From Myxococcales bacterium (GTDB lineage Bacteria > Desulfobacterota > Binatia > HRBIN30), in contig JBBILD010000010.1 in NCBI GenBank assembly GCA_037445065.1, forward strand, positions 32,001 to 96,000: DNA of 64,000 nt, in the 5' to 3' direction. How positions within the stretch are numbered: position 1 is the stretch's first letter; each line of letters opens with the position of its first letter. Shown here piece after piece: positions 1 through 9,930 of the stretch. The translations under genes and the position numbers were made by a program. The notes beneath the pieces are model-generated. The model did not search any database and had not been told where the DNA came from. It saw only the letters and a program-made list of their open reading frames with translations.

Positions 1-302
1 TCCACACCATCAATGTCTTGTTCCTTGATTCGTTCCGAACCGATGAACGCTCCTTGGTTCACCTTGTCGTAACGCGCGCCCGTCCACTTGAACTGCTCGT
101 AGGTGCGACCCGGGTAGGTGGTGACCAAGCCCAGCGGGACTGGCGGAGTACCCGGACGGTACTGCCAGGCATCCCCTCCTTCTGCATCCTTGACCAGCTT
201 CGGCGCCTTGGGCAAAAACTCGCGCGGGAGCCACTTCTCCCACAAGTTAGGCGGTTCCACGATGTGCGAGTCGGCCGAAATCAACGAGTACTGCTTCTTC
301 AT
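1..302 (-). CDS. amidohydrolase family protein (Amidohydro_2-like), 5' part; truncated by window edge
   Basis: Not in the ORF track. Manual translation from ATG 302 (RBS-like GAGGAAAGG): MKKQYSLISADSHIVEPPNLWEKWLP...ERIKEQDIDGV. The ISADSH..EP and QDxDGV motifs are typical of this family. Confidence 0.85.
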   Translation of the reverse strand, partial: MKKQYSLISADSHIVEPPNLWEKWLPREFLPKAPKLVKDAEGGDAWQYRPGTPPVPLGLVTTYPGRTYEQFKWTGARYDKVNQGAFIGSERIKEQDIDGV

Positions 303-383
303 GCCTTTCCTCCTCTGCCCGCCGGAGCGGGGCTCGATTGAGATTTGTGTTCCTGTCTCTTAGGAGGCGCGAAGCACTGCTTC

Positions 384-399
384 CGTGACCCATGTCACA
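384..399. promoter_or_regulatory. candidate CRP-type operator CGTGA-N6-TCACA
   Basis: CGTGACCCATGTCACA matches TGTGA-N6-TCACA at 9/10 positions. It overlaps the start codon of the Crp-family gene and lies upstream of the divergent amidohydrolase. Confidence 0.55.
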
Positions 400-1123
400 C
401 TCGGCCAAATTTCCTCTTTCTGCTGATTTGCGTGGGAGCCTGGCTCGCGAGTGGGGTCTTCCGGAACCTGCCATCGGAGAACTCCTACGCCGAGGAGTGC
501 AGCGCCGTTACGAACGGGGGGCATCCATCCTACCGCAAGGGGCGGTGCGCGACACAGTGTTCATCCTGCTCGACGGGGAGGTCAGCATCTCCGTGTTTCT
601 CCCCGACGGAAAGCGGATCTTGTGCGGTCTCTACCGACCAGCAACGATCTTCGGCTTCCCGCTCGTAGAGGAAGAGCGGCCGCGCTGGAGCGCGGCAGAT
701 GCCTTTACGGATGCGGTGCTCACCTTAGTGGCACGGCGCGACTTCGAGGCGGTGCTGGCCTCTATACCCTCCGCCGAGGTCATGCGCTTTTTCAACCGGG
801 TGCTGATGCGGCAGGCACGTTTTGCGATGCGACTGCTGCACTGTTTGGTGCTCGACCTCGCTGGCCGCCTTGCCCTCACCTTGCTCGATCTTGCCCATAC
901 CTTCGGCTCGCCGAGCGGCTGCGAGATCGTCATTCAGCTACCCATCACCCATGAGCTGCTCGCGGAAATGGTGGGTGCCTCGCGCGAGCGGGTGAGCAAA
1001 GCGATGGCCGACTTCGCAGCCCAGGATGTCCTCCGTTACAACCGCCGGCAGATCGTACTTTGCGACCTGGCCTCGCTCGAGCGGATCGCCCAACCGCGAG
1101 CGATGCCGCTCGCTAACCCTTGA
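392..1123 (+). CDS. Crp/Fnr family transcriptional regulator
   Basis: N-terminal cNMP-binding beta-roll (VFILLDGEVSIS...IFG). C-terminal HTH THELLAEMVGASRERVSK. Confidence 0.9.
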   Translation: MSHSAKFPLSADLRGSLAREWGLPEPAIGELLRRGVQRRYERGASILPQGAVRDTVFILLDGEVSISVFLPDGKRILCGLYRPATIFGFPLVEEERPRWSAADAFTDAVLTLVARRDFEAVLASIPSAEVMRFFNRVLMRQARFAMRLLHCLVLDLAGRLALTLLDLAHTFGSPSGCEIVIQLPITHELLAEMVGASRERVSKAMADFAAQDVLRYNRRQIVLCDLASLERIAQPRAMPLANP

Positions 1124-1129
1124 GATCCT

Positions 1130-2797
1130 TCAGCTCTCGTCGGCCGCCGAGCCCAGCCGCGGAGCCAGACGGCTGGAACGCTCGAGCCAAGCCGCAAGCT
1201 CAGCGAAGAGCCCATTTCCTTCCGGGCGCTCATCGTCAGCGGTGAGCACGTCGAGATGGTAGTAACGGTCCATGAGCTGCATCCGGAATCCGTCCGGCAC
1301 TGCGCTGCGAAATTCACCGTTGCGGAGGCGGGGGGAGATCGAGTCGCGGTAGGGGACGAGCCGTTCCAAGTTGTTGAGCAACCCACGCGAGCCGCCTACA
1401 GCGAACACAGGCAGATCCACCAGCGCATTTTCGGTGGCGCGCAGGCCGTACTGCTCGGCACGCCAATCTCCCCGGCGGGCCACGTTCAAGCCGGTGGTCA
1501 CACTGACGTCGAGAGTCAACCGTGCCGGAAAGTACCACTCGATAAAGTTCGTCGGGCCCGCAAACAGCAGCCGGGCAAAGGTTTCGAGCCGCGTGGGGTC
1601 GGTTCGCGACGGATCGTCCGCCGCTTGCGCCACCCAGTCGTAGCGGGCGGTTGGGTCGAGAGGGGCAAGCAAATTACCCACGGGGCCCAGCAGTTGCGAG
1701 AGCAATGGGCCGTTCGGATTTGCACCGACGCGCCCGCCGGTGAGACTCCCCAGGCTCACGCGCACGAACGCGAGAGGCTGGAAATCATTGTCGAAGCCGA
1801 GCCCCAACGCCGCGCGGTTGGTCGCCTGCACAGGCTCCGAGCTCCCGAAAAGAAGAGAGAAAAAGTTGCGGTACAGATCCGCATCAGGGGACAGCTCCTG
1901 ACCCGTGCCGAACTCGGGCGCTGCGCGCATGGCCAGAATTTCTGCCACGATGAACAGATCGGAAGAAACAAACGGCTCGAGCGAACTCACCGGGTTGCCC
2001 GTGCGGATCGAGCGTACACTCGTACGGGTGAACCCCCCGCCCACGCCGGTGCGCTCGTATGCTTCTTGCGAGGGAGGGGGAGCACCCGGGTTCGGTGCGC
2101 CTTCGAGCAAAACCAAGCCCGAAAGCAATTCGTAGCCCGCGTGATCTCCAAAATCCCAAGCGGCGTAAATCGGAGCGATCGAGGCCCCGAGCGAGTGGCC
2201 ACCCAGAAACACCGCCGCCCGTGGGTAGCGCCGCCGCGCCGCACGGATGAGCGCATCGAGGTCGCGAACATGGACATCCAAGCCCCACTCGGACAAAAAG
2301 CGAAGCTCGCTGGCGGGCAAGATTCCCGCGAAGGTCTTCCCGTCAATCGGCGCGCGGGCGAAGTAATACGCCTTCGCAATATCCGCATTCTTCTCCGCCT
2401 CGGCGCGATCCAAGCCCAGGTGATCTTCTAGCCAGTTAGAACGGCGATCCACCGCCCATACCACCAACGCGCCATTACTGCGCTGGACCAGCCGCCGAGC
2501 CAGGTAATCAAAATTGTTCGCTCCGCCCAAAAAGCCCGGCATGAGCACCAAAACGCGTTCGACTTCTTCATCCCGCTTGCCCTCCGCCGAGTACGCAAGC
2601 GCTCGCGCGCGGTTTAGGTGCGGAGGAGTTTCCACGCCAAACTCCGGGTTGGCGGGAGGAATGGCCCCCGGGACGACGACCATTTCCTGACGAATCACGC
2701 TTTGGGTAGCCTGCTCAGGCTCTCCGTCGTCGCCACAACCTACGAAAAATGTAGGGAGAAGCAGAACAAGCAGCTTCGCCCAGAACTGTTTCCTCAT
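1130..2797 (-). CDS. alpha/beta-hydrolase fold lipoprotein
   Basis: Lipobox-like FVGC after a hydrophobic signal, oxyanion-like PGFLGG, nucleophile elbow GHSLG, C-terminal HLD. ATG 2797 follows a GGAG RBS. Confidence 0.75.
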   Translation of the reverse strand: MRKQFWAKLLVLLLPTFFVGCGDDGEPEQATQSVIRQEMVVVPGAIPPANPEFGVETPPHLNRARALAYSAEGKRDEEVERVLVLMPGFLGGANNFDYLARRLVQRSNGALVVWAVDRRSNWLEDHLGLDRAEAEKNADIAKAYYFARAPIDGKTFAGILPASELRFLSEWGLDVHVRDLDALIRAARRRYPRAAVFLGGHSLGASIAPIYAAWDFGDHAGYELLSGLVLLEGAPNPGAPPPSQEAYERTGVGGGFTRTSVRSIRTGNPVSSLEPFVSSDLFIVAEILAMRAAPEFGTGQELSPDADLYRNFFSLLFGSSEPVQATNRAALGLGFDNDFQPLAFVRVSLGSLTGGRVGANPNGPLLSQLLGPVGNLLAPLDPTARYDWVAQAADDPSRTDPTRLETFARLLFAGPTNFIEWYFPARLTLDVSVTTGLNVARRGDWRAEQYGLRATENALVDLPVFAVGGSRGLLNNLERLVPYRDSISPRLRNGEFRSAVPDGFRMQLMDRYYHLDVLTADDERPEGNGLFAELAAWLERSSRLAPRLGSAADES

Positions 2798-2860
2798 CGG
2801 CACTCCTCTCCTCGGCAAGGGTGCCGAATGTACAGCGGTCGGTCTAGAGGGTTTTCCGGC

Positions 2861-3076
2861 CTAGCGCAGTCGGCTCGCGGACCCTGGGGGACGCAGCCCG
2901 CGGTAAAAGTCGCCCCGCTCCTCTCGCAACTGCATCAGTCGCCGCTCCGCATCCCGGACCATGCGGGGCCGGTAATTTAAGAGGTAGTAGAGGCCGATCA
3001 GGATTCCGATCAGCCCCAAACCGTGGTCGGGATGGGCAGCGCAGTACTGCAGGAGCGGTTGCACGAAGTCACTCAT
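2861..3076 (-). CDS. small hypothetical membrane protein
   Basis: Strong RBS GAGGAGG before ATG 3076; one TM helix (GLGLIGILIGLYYLL); 71 aa. Confidence 0.65.
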   Translation of the reverse strand: MSDFVQPLLQYCAAHPDHGLGLIGILIGLYYLLNYRPRMVRDAERRLMQLREERGDFYRGLRPPGSASRLR

Positions 3077-3107
3077 CGTTCCTCCTCGCGAATCCCCCCT
3101 TCCTGAC

Positions 3108-4355
3108 ATGTCAGCCTGTCTGCGAGAAGTGTGCCGAGTTGCCAACAAAGTTCTGCCGTTTTATTTCGTTACGGTGCGTCACGGTTACAACACCCGCTTG
3201 CACAGATCGTGTTGCTCGCTCGCCAAATTGCCAAAATTTGTCACTCGAGCGGGCCGTCCCTTCCTTCTTATTATCGTGCTGAGCGTTCCCGCTTCCTCCG
3301 AAATCGGCTCCGTGAAGGAGCAACCCCCCAGCACCACCCCAGGAGTGCTAGGCCCAGAAACAGGAGATCGCGCAGGAAGCGAGCATCGTTCGGTGGATGC
3401 ACTGCACGCAGTCGCGGAGCCGAAGACAGCGCCCACCCCGAATGCCGCCGTCTCGCAGCAACAGCGCGAAGCGGAGCGCTACCCGGTGTACCACATCGTA
3501 GTGGGGACGGAGCGAACGCACCGCGTGGAAGCCGGCGACACGCTGGCCGCGCTTGCGCGCCGCTACCATGTATCCGTGGCGGTGACTCAGCGCCGCAACG
3601 GAATTCACGACCCGCGCCGCTTGCACATCGGGCAGCGGCTTGTGCTCTCCAACCAACACGTGGTGGCCGCGCCCTTTGCGGACGGCCTGGTGGTTGATCT
3701 CAACTTGCTCGCCCTGTTCGTCGTACGCGAAAGCCGCGTCGCGGCGCGCTACCCGATTGCTGCGGGGCGGCCGGCCTGGGAAACGCCGCCTGGCCTGTAC
3801 CACATCACCGGGAGGCGCAAGGATCCCGTGTGGTACGTGCCTCCGTCCATCCAACGGGAAATGCAGGCACTCGGCCAACCTGTGCGACGCGTGGTACCAC
3901 CCGGTCCGGACAACCCGCTAGGTCGCTTCTGGCTGCAGCTTTCCGCTCCTGGCATTGGGATTCACGGCACCAACGCGCCGTGGAGTGTGGGCCGCTACGC
4001 CACGCATGGTTGTATCCGCTTGCACAACGAGCACGTGGAGACCCTGTTCCGGGAGGTGCCAGACGGTACCCCGGTCGCCATCGTGCGCGAGCCCATCCGC
4101 ATTGGACGCACCGCTAGCGGGCGGGTGTTTCTCGAAGCCCATGAACGTGCAGGTCCAGAAGCCCTCGAGCAGATTCGCAAGGCGCTGGACCGAGAGGGAG
4201 CAGCAAGTGAGGTAGACTGGCAACGCACAGCGCAGGTTCTGTCCGCTGCTTGGGGGGTGGCTGTGGACGTTACCCGAAAACCTGTTCCGGCGGCTGAGAA
4301 CCCGCACTCGCTCGCGCCGCCGGAGCCCAGCGCATCAAGAGAGCCGGCGCACTAA
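3108..4355 (+). CDS. LysM-containing L,D-transpeptidase (YkuD/ErfK family); true start probably downstream
   Basis: LysM (HRVEAGDTLAALARRY...LHIGQRL), GPDNPLG, catalytic GIHGT...THGCIRL. Confidence 0.9.
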   Translation: MSACLREVCRVANKVLPFYFVTVRHGYNTRLHRSCCSLAKLPKFVTRAGRPFLLIIVLSVPASSEIGSVKEQPPSTTPGVLGPETGDRAGSEHRSVDALHAVAEPKTAPTPNAAVSQQQREAERYPVYHIVVGTERTHRVEAGDTLAALARRYHVSVAVTQRRNGIHDPRRLHIGQRLVLSNQHVVAAPFADGLVVDLNLLALFVVRESRVAARYPIAAGRPAWETPPGLYHITGRRKDPVWYVPPSIQREMQALGQPVRRVVPPGPDNPLGRFWLQLSAPGIGIHGTNAPWSVGRYATHGCIRLHNEHVETLFREVPDGTPVAIVREPIRIGRTASGRVFLEAHERAGPEALEQIRKALDREGAASEVDWQRTAQVLSAAWGVAVDVTRKPVPAAENPHSLAPPEPSASREPAH

Positions 4356-5609
4356 GTCGGCAACTCGCTCCAAGGCACCGGCAACCACGGTGTGCACGAA
4401 TGCCTGCCGCCTCTCGCGGGGGGCACCGCGCAATTCAGCGAGTTGCGCCTGGACGGCTTCTTCGAATGGATCCAGGATTTCCCTCACCAAGGTCAGGTGC
4501 AAGGGCCAGTTGCGCTCGACCGCGCTGCGCAACCGGCACATCTGCCACCACGCCGAGTCTTCCTGCTCCGCTTCGCCACCACGGGCCAGGACTTCGGGCA
4601 AATCGGTATCCACGAACAAGGGCAGGAATACGCCACAACACGCTGAGCCCAAGGAAGCCCAGTAGACGATGGGGCACTGCTCGGGCAGCGCCAGTTCCGC
4701 CACCACGCTTGCTGTGGTGGTTCCCACGGGGTCGGCATGCATGCAAACGGTGAAGTATTCGGCTTCACCGGGATTCACGCCCGCATGCGGGTCGAGCCGC
4801 CCGTAGTGATCCCGCAGAGCGGCCTTCATACGGGCCGCATCCCAGCGGCCGCGATGCTGGCTCAGCCACTCACAGGTCCGCCGATGCCGCGCAGAAGAAA
4901 CCTCCGCCGGGACCAACGAGTGGTCGCGGTAGGCAGCAGCAAAGTCGAAGCGCTGCTCCGCCTCTTCCGGCCACCACCCCTGCTCCACAGCGTGCTCGAT
5001 CGTTCCCTCCGCGAGAGCATCCCAATCACTGCTGATGGTCAGGTGGTTCGAGAGACTCGCCACCTCCTCCACCCGCTGCACGGCCCAGTATCGTCCTGCC
5101 GTTTCCCACAAAAACGCCTCGCGCGCGTCCGCAACTAAAAATGAGTTGTGGTACGGCCAATGTTTATCCGCAAAACCGGAGCCTCCCTGGCCATGCCGTG
5201 CGAGCAGTTCGCTCATCACCTCGACCGCTTCCCGCGCGCTTTGCGCCCGCTCCAAACCGAGACGGACGAGATCCATACCGAGCAAGCCGGTGTCCGCCAC
5301 AGGTTCGCGCGTAAACACTGTGTGGTTGCCGATCGCCACGCCATGCTCGTTTACCCCGTGCTCAAACCCCCAGCACCAGTACGGGCGCGAACCCAGCACC
5401 CGGTATGTGTGCCGCACCTGCGGAATCTCGATGTACGTGCAGCGCACGCTCGCCTGCGCGGGGTGCTCTCTTGCTGGCACGAGGCACAAAGGCTGGCATT
5501 CGAGCGCCGGCCGATCACTGTTCTTCGCGAACAAAGTCACCCCCTGGCTGGTCGCCGGGGGCAGGGCCACTAAGGAGTCGCATGACCAACGTTGTTGCCA
5601 ATCCAGCAT
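4335..5609 (-). CDS. C69 family dipeptidase / secernin-like Ntn hydrolase
   Basis: SCDSLVA N-terminal nucleophile Cys, FAKNSDRP, WGFEHGVNEHGVAIGN, GMDLVRLGLER, CMH. Confidence 0.85.
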   Translation of the reverse strand: MLDWQQRWSCDSLVALPPATSQGVTLFAKNSDRPALECQPLCLVPAREHPAQASVRCTYIEIPQVRHTYRVLGSRPYWCWGFEHGVNEHGVAIGNHTVFTREPVADTGLLGMDLVRLGLERAQSAREAVEVMSELLARHGQGGSGFADKHWPYHNSFLVADAREAFLWETAGRYWAVQRVEEVASLSNHLTISSDWDALAEGTIEHAVEQGWWPEEAEQRFDFAAAYRDHSLVPAEVSSARHRRTCEWLSQHRGRWDAARMKAALRDHYGRLDPHAGVNPGEAEYFTVCMHADPVGTTTASVVAELALPEQCPIVYWASLGSACCGVFLPLFVDTDLPEVLARGGEAEQEDSAWWQMCRLRSAVERNWPLHLTLVREILDPFEEAVQAQLAELRGAPRERRQAFVHTVVAGALERVADLVRRLS

Positions 5610-5713
5610 GGGCGGCTCATAGCTCGCTGCCCGCACGCGGGAAACTGCCCGCTCGGCTTCTCCTAGCGAGCCCAGCGCTGTAAAAGAGGGCCTGCTTGCG
5701 GAGGGAGGTCGGG

Positions 5714-6508
5714 ATGGACTCGTACGAGACGTTACAAGTGAGCGTGAAGGATCATGTGGCTACGGTTCTGCTCAACCGCCCGGCACGTCTGAACGCGTGG
5801 ACTCCGATCATGGGCAACGAGTTGGTGGCCGCCTTTCGCGCCCTGGATGCCGACCCCGAGGTCCGCGCCATTGTGCTGGCGGGGGCGGGCAAGTCGTTTT
5901 GCGCGGGTGCGGACATGGAGTTTTTTGCTTCGCAGATCGCACGCGGCGGTGGCATGCAAGGAAGCGGCACGCTCACTCGTAGCGAGGAATTTCCACTTCT
6001 GATGCGCCGGCTCGGGAAACCGACCGTCGCGGCCCTGCACGGCTACGCGCTGGGCGTAGGCGCGACTATGTCGCTCCTCTGCGATGTGCGCATTGCCAGC
6101 CGTGACGCAAAAATCGGCTTTATCTTTGGGCGCGTCGGTGTCATGAGCGAGTTGGGCTCGACCTTTCTGCTGCCCCGCATCGTTGGCCTCGGCCGTGCCT
6201 GCGAGCTGCTGCTCAGTGGGAAGACTTTTACCGCTTCCCAATGCCGGCAGTTCGGTCTGGTCAACGCCGTCGTGCGCAACCAAGAACTCCTCGCGCGCGC
6301 ACTGGCACTTGCTGCGGAAATGGCAGAATGCGCACCGCTATCCCTGCGTTTGACTCGGCAAGCCCTGTATCAGGGGCTGGAGAATTCGTTCGAGAACCAG
6401 CTCCGCGTCGAGTCGCTCGCGCTCGACTTCCTCTATCGTACAGAGGATCACGCCGAGGCGGTGCGCGCGTTCAAGGAGAAACGTCCGCCGGCGTTTCGCG
6501 GCCGCTAG
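5714..6508 (+). CDS. enoyl-CoA hydratase/isomerase family protein
   Basis: LNRPARLNA, FCAGAD, C-terminal EAVRAFKEKRPPAFRG. RBS GGAGG. Confidence 0.92.
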   Translation: MDSYETLQVSVKDHVATVLLNRPARLNAWTPIMGNELVAAFRALDADPEVRAIVLAGAGKSFCAGADMEFFASQIARGGGMQGSGTLTRSEEFPLLMRRLGKPTVAALHGYALGVGATMSLLCDVRIASRDAKIGFIFGRVGVMSELGSTFLLPRIVGLGRACELLLSGKTFTASQCRQFGLVNAVVRNQELLARALALAAEMAECAPLSLRLTRQALYQGLENSFENQLRVESLALDFLYRTEDHAEAVRAFKEKRPPAFRGR

Positions 6509-7484
6509 GCGGGGCGTACACGATCTCCGCCCGTGCGCGAAGTTGGCGGGTAAACTCATCTTGCCGGCGCTGGCGCTCCCGCCGCAACAACACTTCGGCG
6601 ATGCGCCCTTTGACCTCTTCGAGCGGCGCAATTCCAGCTTCGCGACGACCGGTTACCTGTAACAGGTGGTACCCGGCCGGAGAACGCACTGGCGTGCTGA
6701 TCTCCCCTACGCGCAGGGACAGCGCTGCCCGCTCGAATTCCTCGTGCAGTTCACCAGCCGCGACCCAACCCAAATCGCCCCCCGCGTCCGCGGTGTCTCG
6801 ATCCGCTGACTCCTTATGGGCAAGTTCGGCGAAGTTCTCCCCAGCTTCCAAGCGTCGCCGCACCTCTTCCGCTCGCCGCCTCGCAGCTTGCCAAGCCTCC
6901 GCCGCGTTCCCTCCCAACGGCCGGAACAGAATGTGGCGCACACGCACTTGGGCCGGATGGCGGAACTCCTGGCGGTGCCGTTCGTAAAATGCCGCGACCG
7001 CATCGTCGCTGACTCGCACATCTTTCCACACCACCGTCTCCAAGAGTCGCTGCACCGCCAGCGCTCGTTCCGTATCGCGTTCCACCTCCGCAGGCGTCCA
7101 TCCCCGACTCCGCAACGCCTCCGCGTAGGCCTGCGCTCCTCCCATTTTCTGCTCGGTTCGTTTCAGTTCAGCTACGATCGCTTCCTTGGGGATCCGGATT
7201 CCCAGCCGCTGGCTTTCCTGGAACAAGAGTTCGAAGTCGATGAGCGACTCTAACGCTGCCCGTTCGAGCTGCCGGCGCCGCTCCGGGTCCGCCGCCGCCT
7301 CCTGCTCAACGGCAAGAACTCCCGCCAGCACTTCGCTCAGCGCCCGCTCGCTCACCACCACGCCGTTGACGCGCGCTACCGCGGCACTGCTTCCCAGCGC
7401 TCTTGCCTCTTCGCCCCGCGCGGCTCGCTCAGCCGCTGCAAGGGCCGCAAACAACACACACAAAACAAGAAAGCGGCACGGCAC
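6471..7484 (-). CDS. SurA/PrsA-like parvulin peptidyl-prolyl isomerase
   Basis: Signal peptide, SurA-N-like VARVNG, rotamase VRHIL...GGDLGW...GYHLL. Confidence 0.9.
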   Translation of the reverse strand: MPCRFLVLCVLFAALAAAERAARGEEARALGSSAAVARVNGVVVSERALSEVLAGVLAVEQEAAADPERRRQLERAALESLIDFELLFQESQRLGIRIPKEAIVAELKRTEQKMGGAQAYAEALRSRGWTPAEVERDTERALAVQRLLETVVWKDVRVSDDAVAAFYERHRQEFRHPAQVRVRHILFRPLGGNAAEAWQAARRRAEEVRRRLEAGENFAELAHKESADRDTADAGGDLGWVAAGELHEEFERAALSLRVGEISTPVRSPAGYHLLQVTGRREAGIAPLEEVKGRIAEVLLRRERQRRQDEFTRQLRARAEIVYAPPSGRETPADVSP

Positions 7485-7959
7485 GGCGGACTCTACGGGT
7501 GGGTCTTGAGCCGGTGCTCATAACGCGATGGCAGCAAAGGATCAAACCAAGCAGGCCCGTGGGCGGGGCGCGCTCCACCCCAACGGCCCACCGCCTCGTC
7601 GTTGCGGACCGAAAAGGGCTGTGCCGGGACGAGCAAGAAGCACGGCCACCAACGCAACGCCAAAGGGCGAATGCGGCCGCGGTGACAACCGCTGCCCCCC
7701 CAACAGCCGCAGGCAGCGATTGTAACGGTTGGTGCTCGTCGAGCCCTTGCCGTGCATGAGTTCAAGAAGACTACGGGATCCCTCTTGCTCCTGCCACTTC
7801 GGAAACGTGCCAGCCTTTGGCATGGCCGAACCGCCGTTGGCGGCCCGGATGCGAGCGCTGAACCTCGCCTTTCCGGTAGCGACCACCACCAGCACCTGGC
7901 TGCCAGCTTGTGATGGCCACCTTGCAACGAGACCGAACGCTGCTTAATGCGCGCGCACG

Positions 7960-8847
7960 ATGGCCAGCGCCGAACGAGCAGAATTGACCGTCGCCTTAGG
8001 GCAAATGCACTGCGGGCGCAGCGCGGATGACAACGTTGCGCGCGCGGTTTCTTTCGTAAGTGAGGCAGCCAAGCGTGGGGCACAGCTCGTATGCCTCCCG
8101 GAACTCTTCCGCACTGGATATTTCTGTCAAGAAGAGAACCCGGAGTTGTTCGACCTCGCCGAACCTGTCCCTGGGCCGACCACCGACGCACTCTGTCGTG
8201 CCGCGGCCTCGCAGCACATCGCGGTTATTGGCTCCGTCTTCGAGCGCCGCGCCCCCGGCCTGTACCATAACACAGCCGTCGTGATCGAACGGGACGGAAG
8301 CCTGCGCGGCGTTTACCGCAAGATGCACATCCCACACGATCCCCTGTACTTCGAGAAATACTACTTCACCCCCGGAGATTTGGGCGTTCGTGTCTTCGCA
8401 CTGCATTGCGGGCAGATCGCAGTCTTGATTTGCTGGGACCAATGGTACCCCGAGGCCGCTCGATTGGCGGCGCTCGCCGGTGCGCAGATCATCTTTTACC
8501 CCACGGCGATCGGCTGGCATCCCACGGAGAAAGAGGCGTTTGGCGCCGATCAGTACGCTGCGTGGCAAACCATACAGCGGGCGCACGCCATTGCCAACGG
8601 CGTGTTCGTGGCTGCCTGCAACCACACGGGCATGGAAGGCCAGATCGAGTTTTGGGGCGGCTCGTTTGTGGCGGATCCGTTTGGCCGCATTCTCGCTCAG
8701 GCCAAACACGACGCTGAGGAGCTGCTCCTGGTACGCTGCAACCTGAGCGAGATCGAGCATACCCGCCGCCACTGGCCCTTCCTGCGCGATCGCCGGGTGG
8801 ACGCCTACGCCGATCTCTCCCGCCGTTACCTCGATCCTGCCCGATGA
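7960..8847 (+). CDS. aguB: N-carbamoylputrescine amidase (carbon-nitrogen hydrolase)
   Basis: Nitrilase triad motifs CLPELF, YRKMHIP, ICWDQWYPE, plus FYPTAIGW and PFLRDRR. Overlaps aguA. Confidence 0.88.
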   Translation: MASAERAELTVALGQMHCGRSADDNVARAVSFVSEAAKRGAQLVCLPELFRTGYFCQEENPELFDLAEPVPGPTTDALCRAAASQHIAVIGSVFERRAPGLYHNTAVVIERDGSLRGVYRKMHIPHDPLYFEKYYFTPGDLGVRVFALHCGQIAVLICWDQWYPEAARLAALAGAQIIFYPTAIGWHPTEKEAFGADQYAAWQTIQRAHAIANGVFVAACNHTGMEGQIEFWGGSFVADPFGRILAQAKHDAEELLLVRCNLSEIEHTRRHWPFLRDRRVDAYADLSRRYLDPAR

Positions 8848-9914
8848 GCCAACGCTTGCCGGATCTTCCAGCCCGACTTGGTTTCCGCATGCCTGCAGAA
8901 TGGGAGCCGCACGCGGCCACGTGGCTGTCATGGCCCCACAAGGAGGAGTCGTGGCCAGGTCTGTTCACCGATATTCCGAAGGTTTGGGCGGAATTGGCGG
9001 CTGCCCTGAGCTCGGGCGAGGATGTTTGCATCTTGGTCCGCGATGCCACGATGGAGGAGGCAGCGCGGCTTCTTTTACGCGAGCGTTTGGCAACCCTCGA
9101 ACGGATCCGTTTCTTTCACATTCCGACCAACGACGCGTGGATCCGCGACCATGGCCCGACGTTCGTCGTGCGTGAGCTTGAAGGTGCGCGCGAACTGGCC
9201 GCCGTGGATTGGATTTTCAACGCCTGGGGAGGGAAGTACCCGCCTTGGGATGACGACGACGCGGTGCCGACGCGTATCGCCGCGCGGCTCGGGATCCCCG
9301 TCGCTTCGCCCGGGATCGTGCTCGAAGGCGGCTCGATCGAGGTGAACGGCCGCGGCTTGTTGCTCACCACCGAGCAATGCCTGCTCAATCCGAACCGCAA
9401 CCCACATCTGTCGCGAGAAGAAATCGAGGAAGTACTGCGCCTCTACCTGGGGGTTCAGCAGGTGCTTTGGCTCGGTCAGGGGATCGTGGGTGATGACACC
9501 GACGGCCACATTGACGACCTCGCCCGCTTCACGGACGAGCGCACGATCGTGGCCGCGTATACCGACGATTCTTGCTCGCCCGACTTTTACGCCCTGCAGG
9601 ACAACTGGCGCCGCCTGCAGGCCATGCGTGACCTCGACGGCCGACCCTTTCACCTCGTTCCCTTACCCACACCAGAACCGGTGTTTTTTGGCGGGCAACA
9701 GTTGCCAGCGAGCTATGCGAATTTTTACATCGGCAACTCGGTGGTCCTGGTGCCGGTTTTCGGTGTTGCACAAGATCGCCCGGCTTTGCGCCTTTTGCAG
9801 GAGTTGTTCCCTACACGCCGTGTGATCGGTCTTCCCTGCAGAGAACTCATCTGGGGCCTGGGCGCGATTCACTGCGTCACTCAGCAGCAGCCTGCCACTG
9901 GCAAGAACCGCTAG
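8844..9914 (+). CDS. aguA: agmatine deiminase
   Basis: MPAEWEPH, DAWIRDHGP, FNAWGGKY, LEGGSI, DTDGHIDD, ASYANF, GAIHCVTQQQP. Confidence 0.93.
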   Translation: MSQRLPDLPARLGFRMPAEWEPHAATWLSWPHKEESWPGLFTDIPKVWAELAAALSSGEDVCILVRDATMEEAARLLLRERLATLERIRFFHIPTNDAWIRDHGPTFVVRELEGARELAAVDWIFNAWGGKYPPWDDDDAVPTRIAARLGIPVASPGIVLEGGSIEVNGRGLLLTTEQCLLNPNRNPHLSREEIEEVLRLYLGVQQVLWLGQGIVGDDTDGHIDDLARFTDERTIVAAYTDDSCSPDFYALQDNWRRLQAMRDLDGRPFHLVPLPTPEPVFFGGQQLPASYANFYIGNSVVLVPVFGVAQDRPALRLLQELFPTRRVIGLPCRELIWGLGAIHCVTQQQPATGKNR

Positions 9915-9930
9915 ACGCGGCTCCTCCCAC

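Noticed and set aside
7485..7959. Short ORFs or an ncRNA in the gap between the PPIase and aguB
   Set aside because: No RBS-supported ORF with protein-like composition and no recognisable RNA motif.
7960..9914. aguB-aguA as a novel system
   Set aside because: Well-known agmatine-to-putrescine pathway pair.
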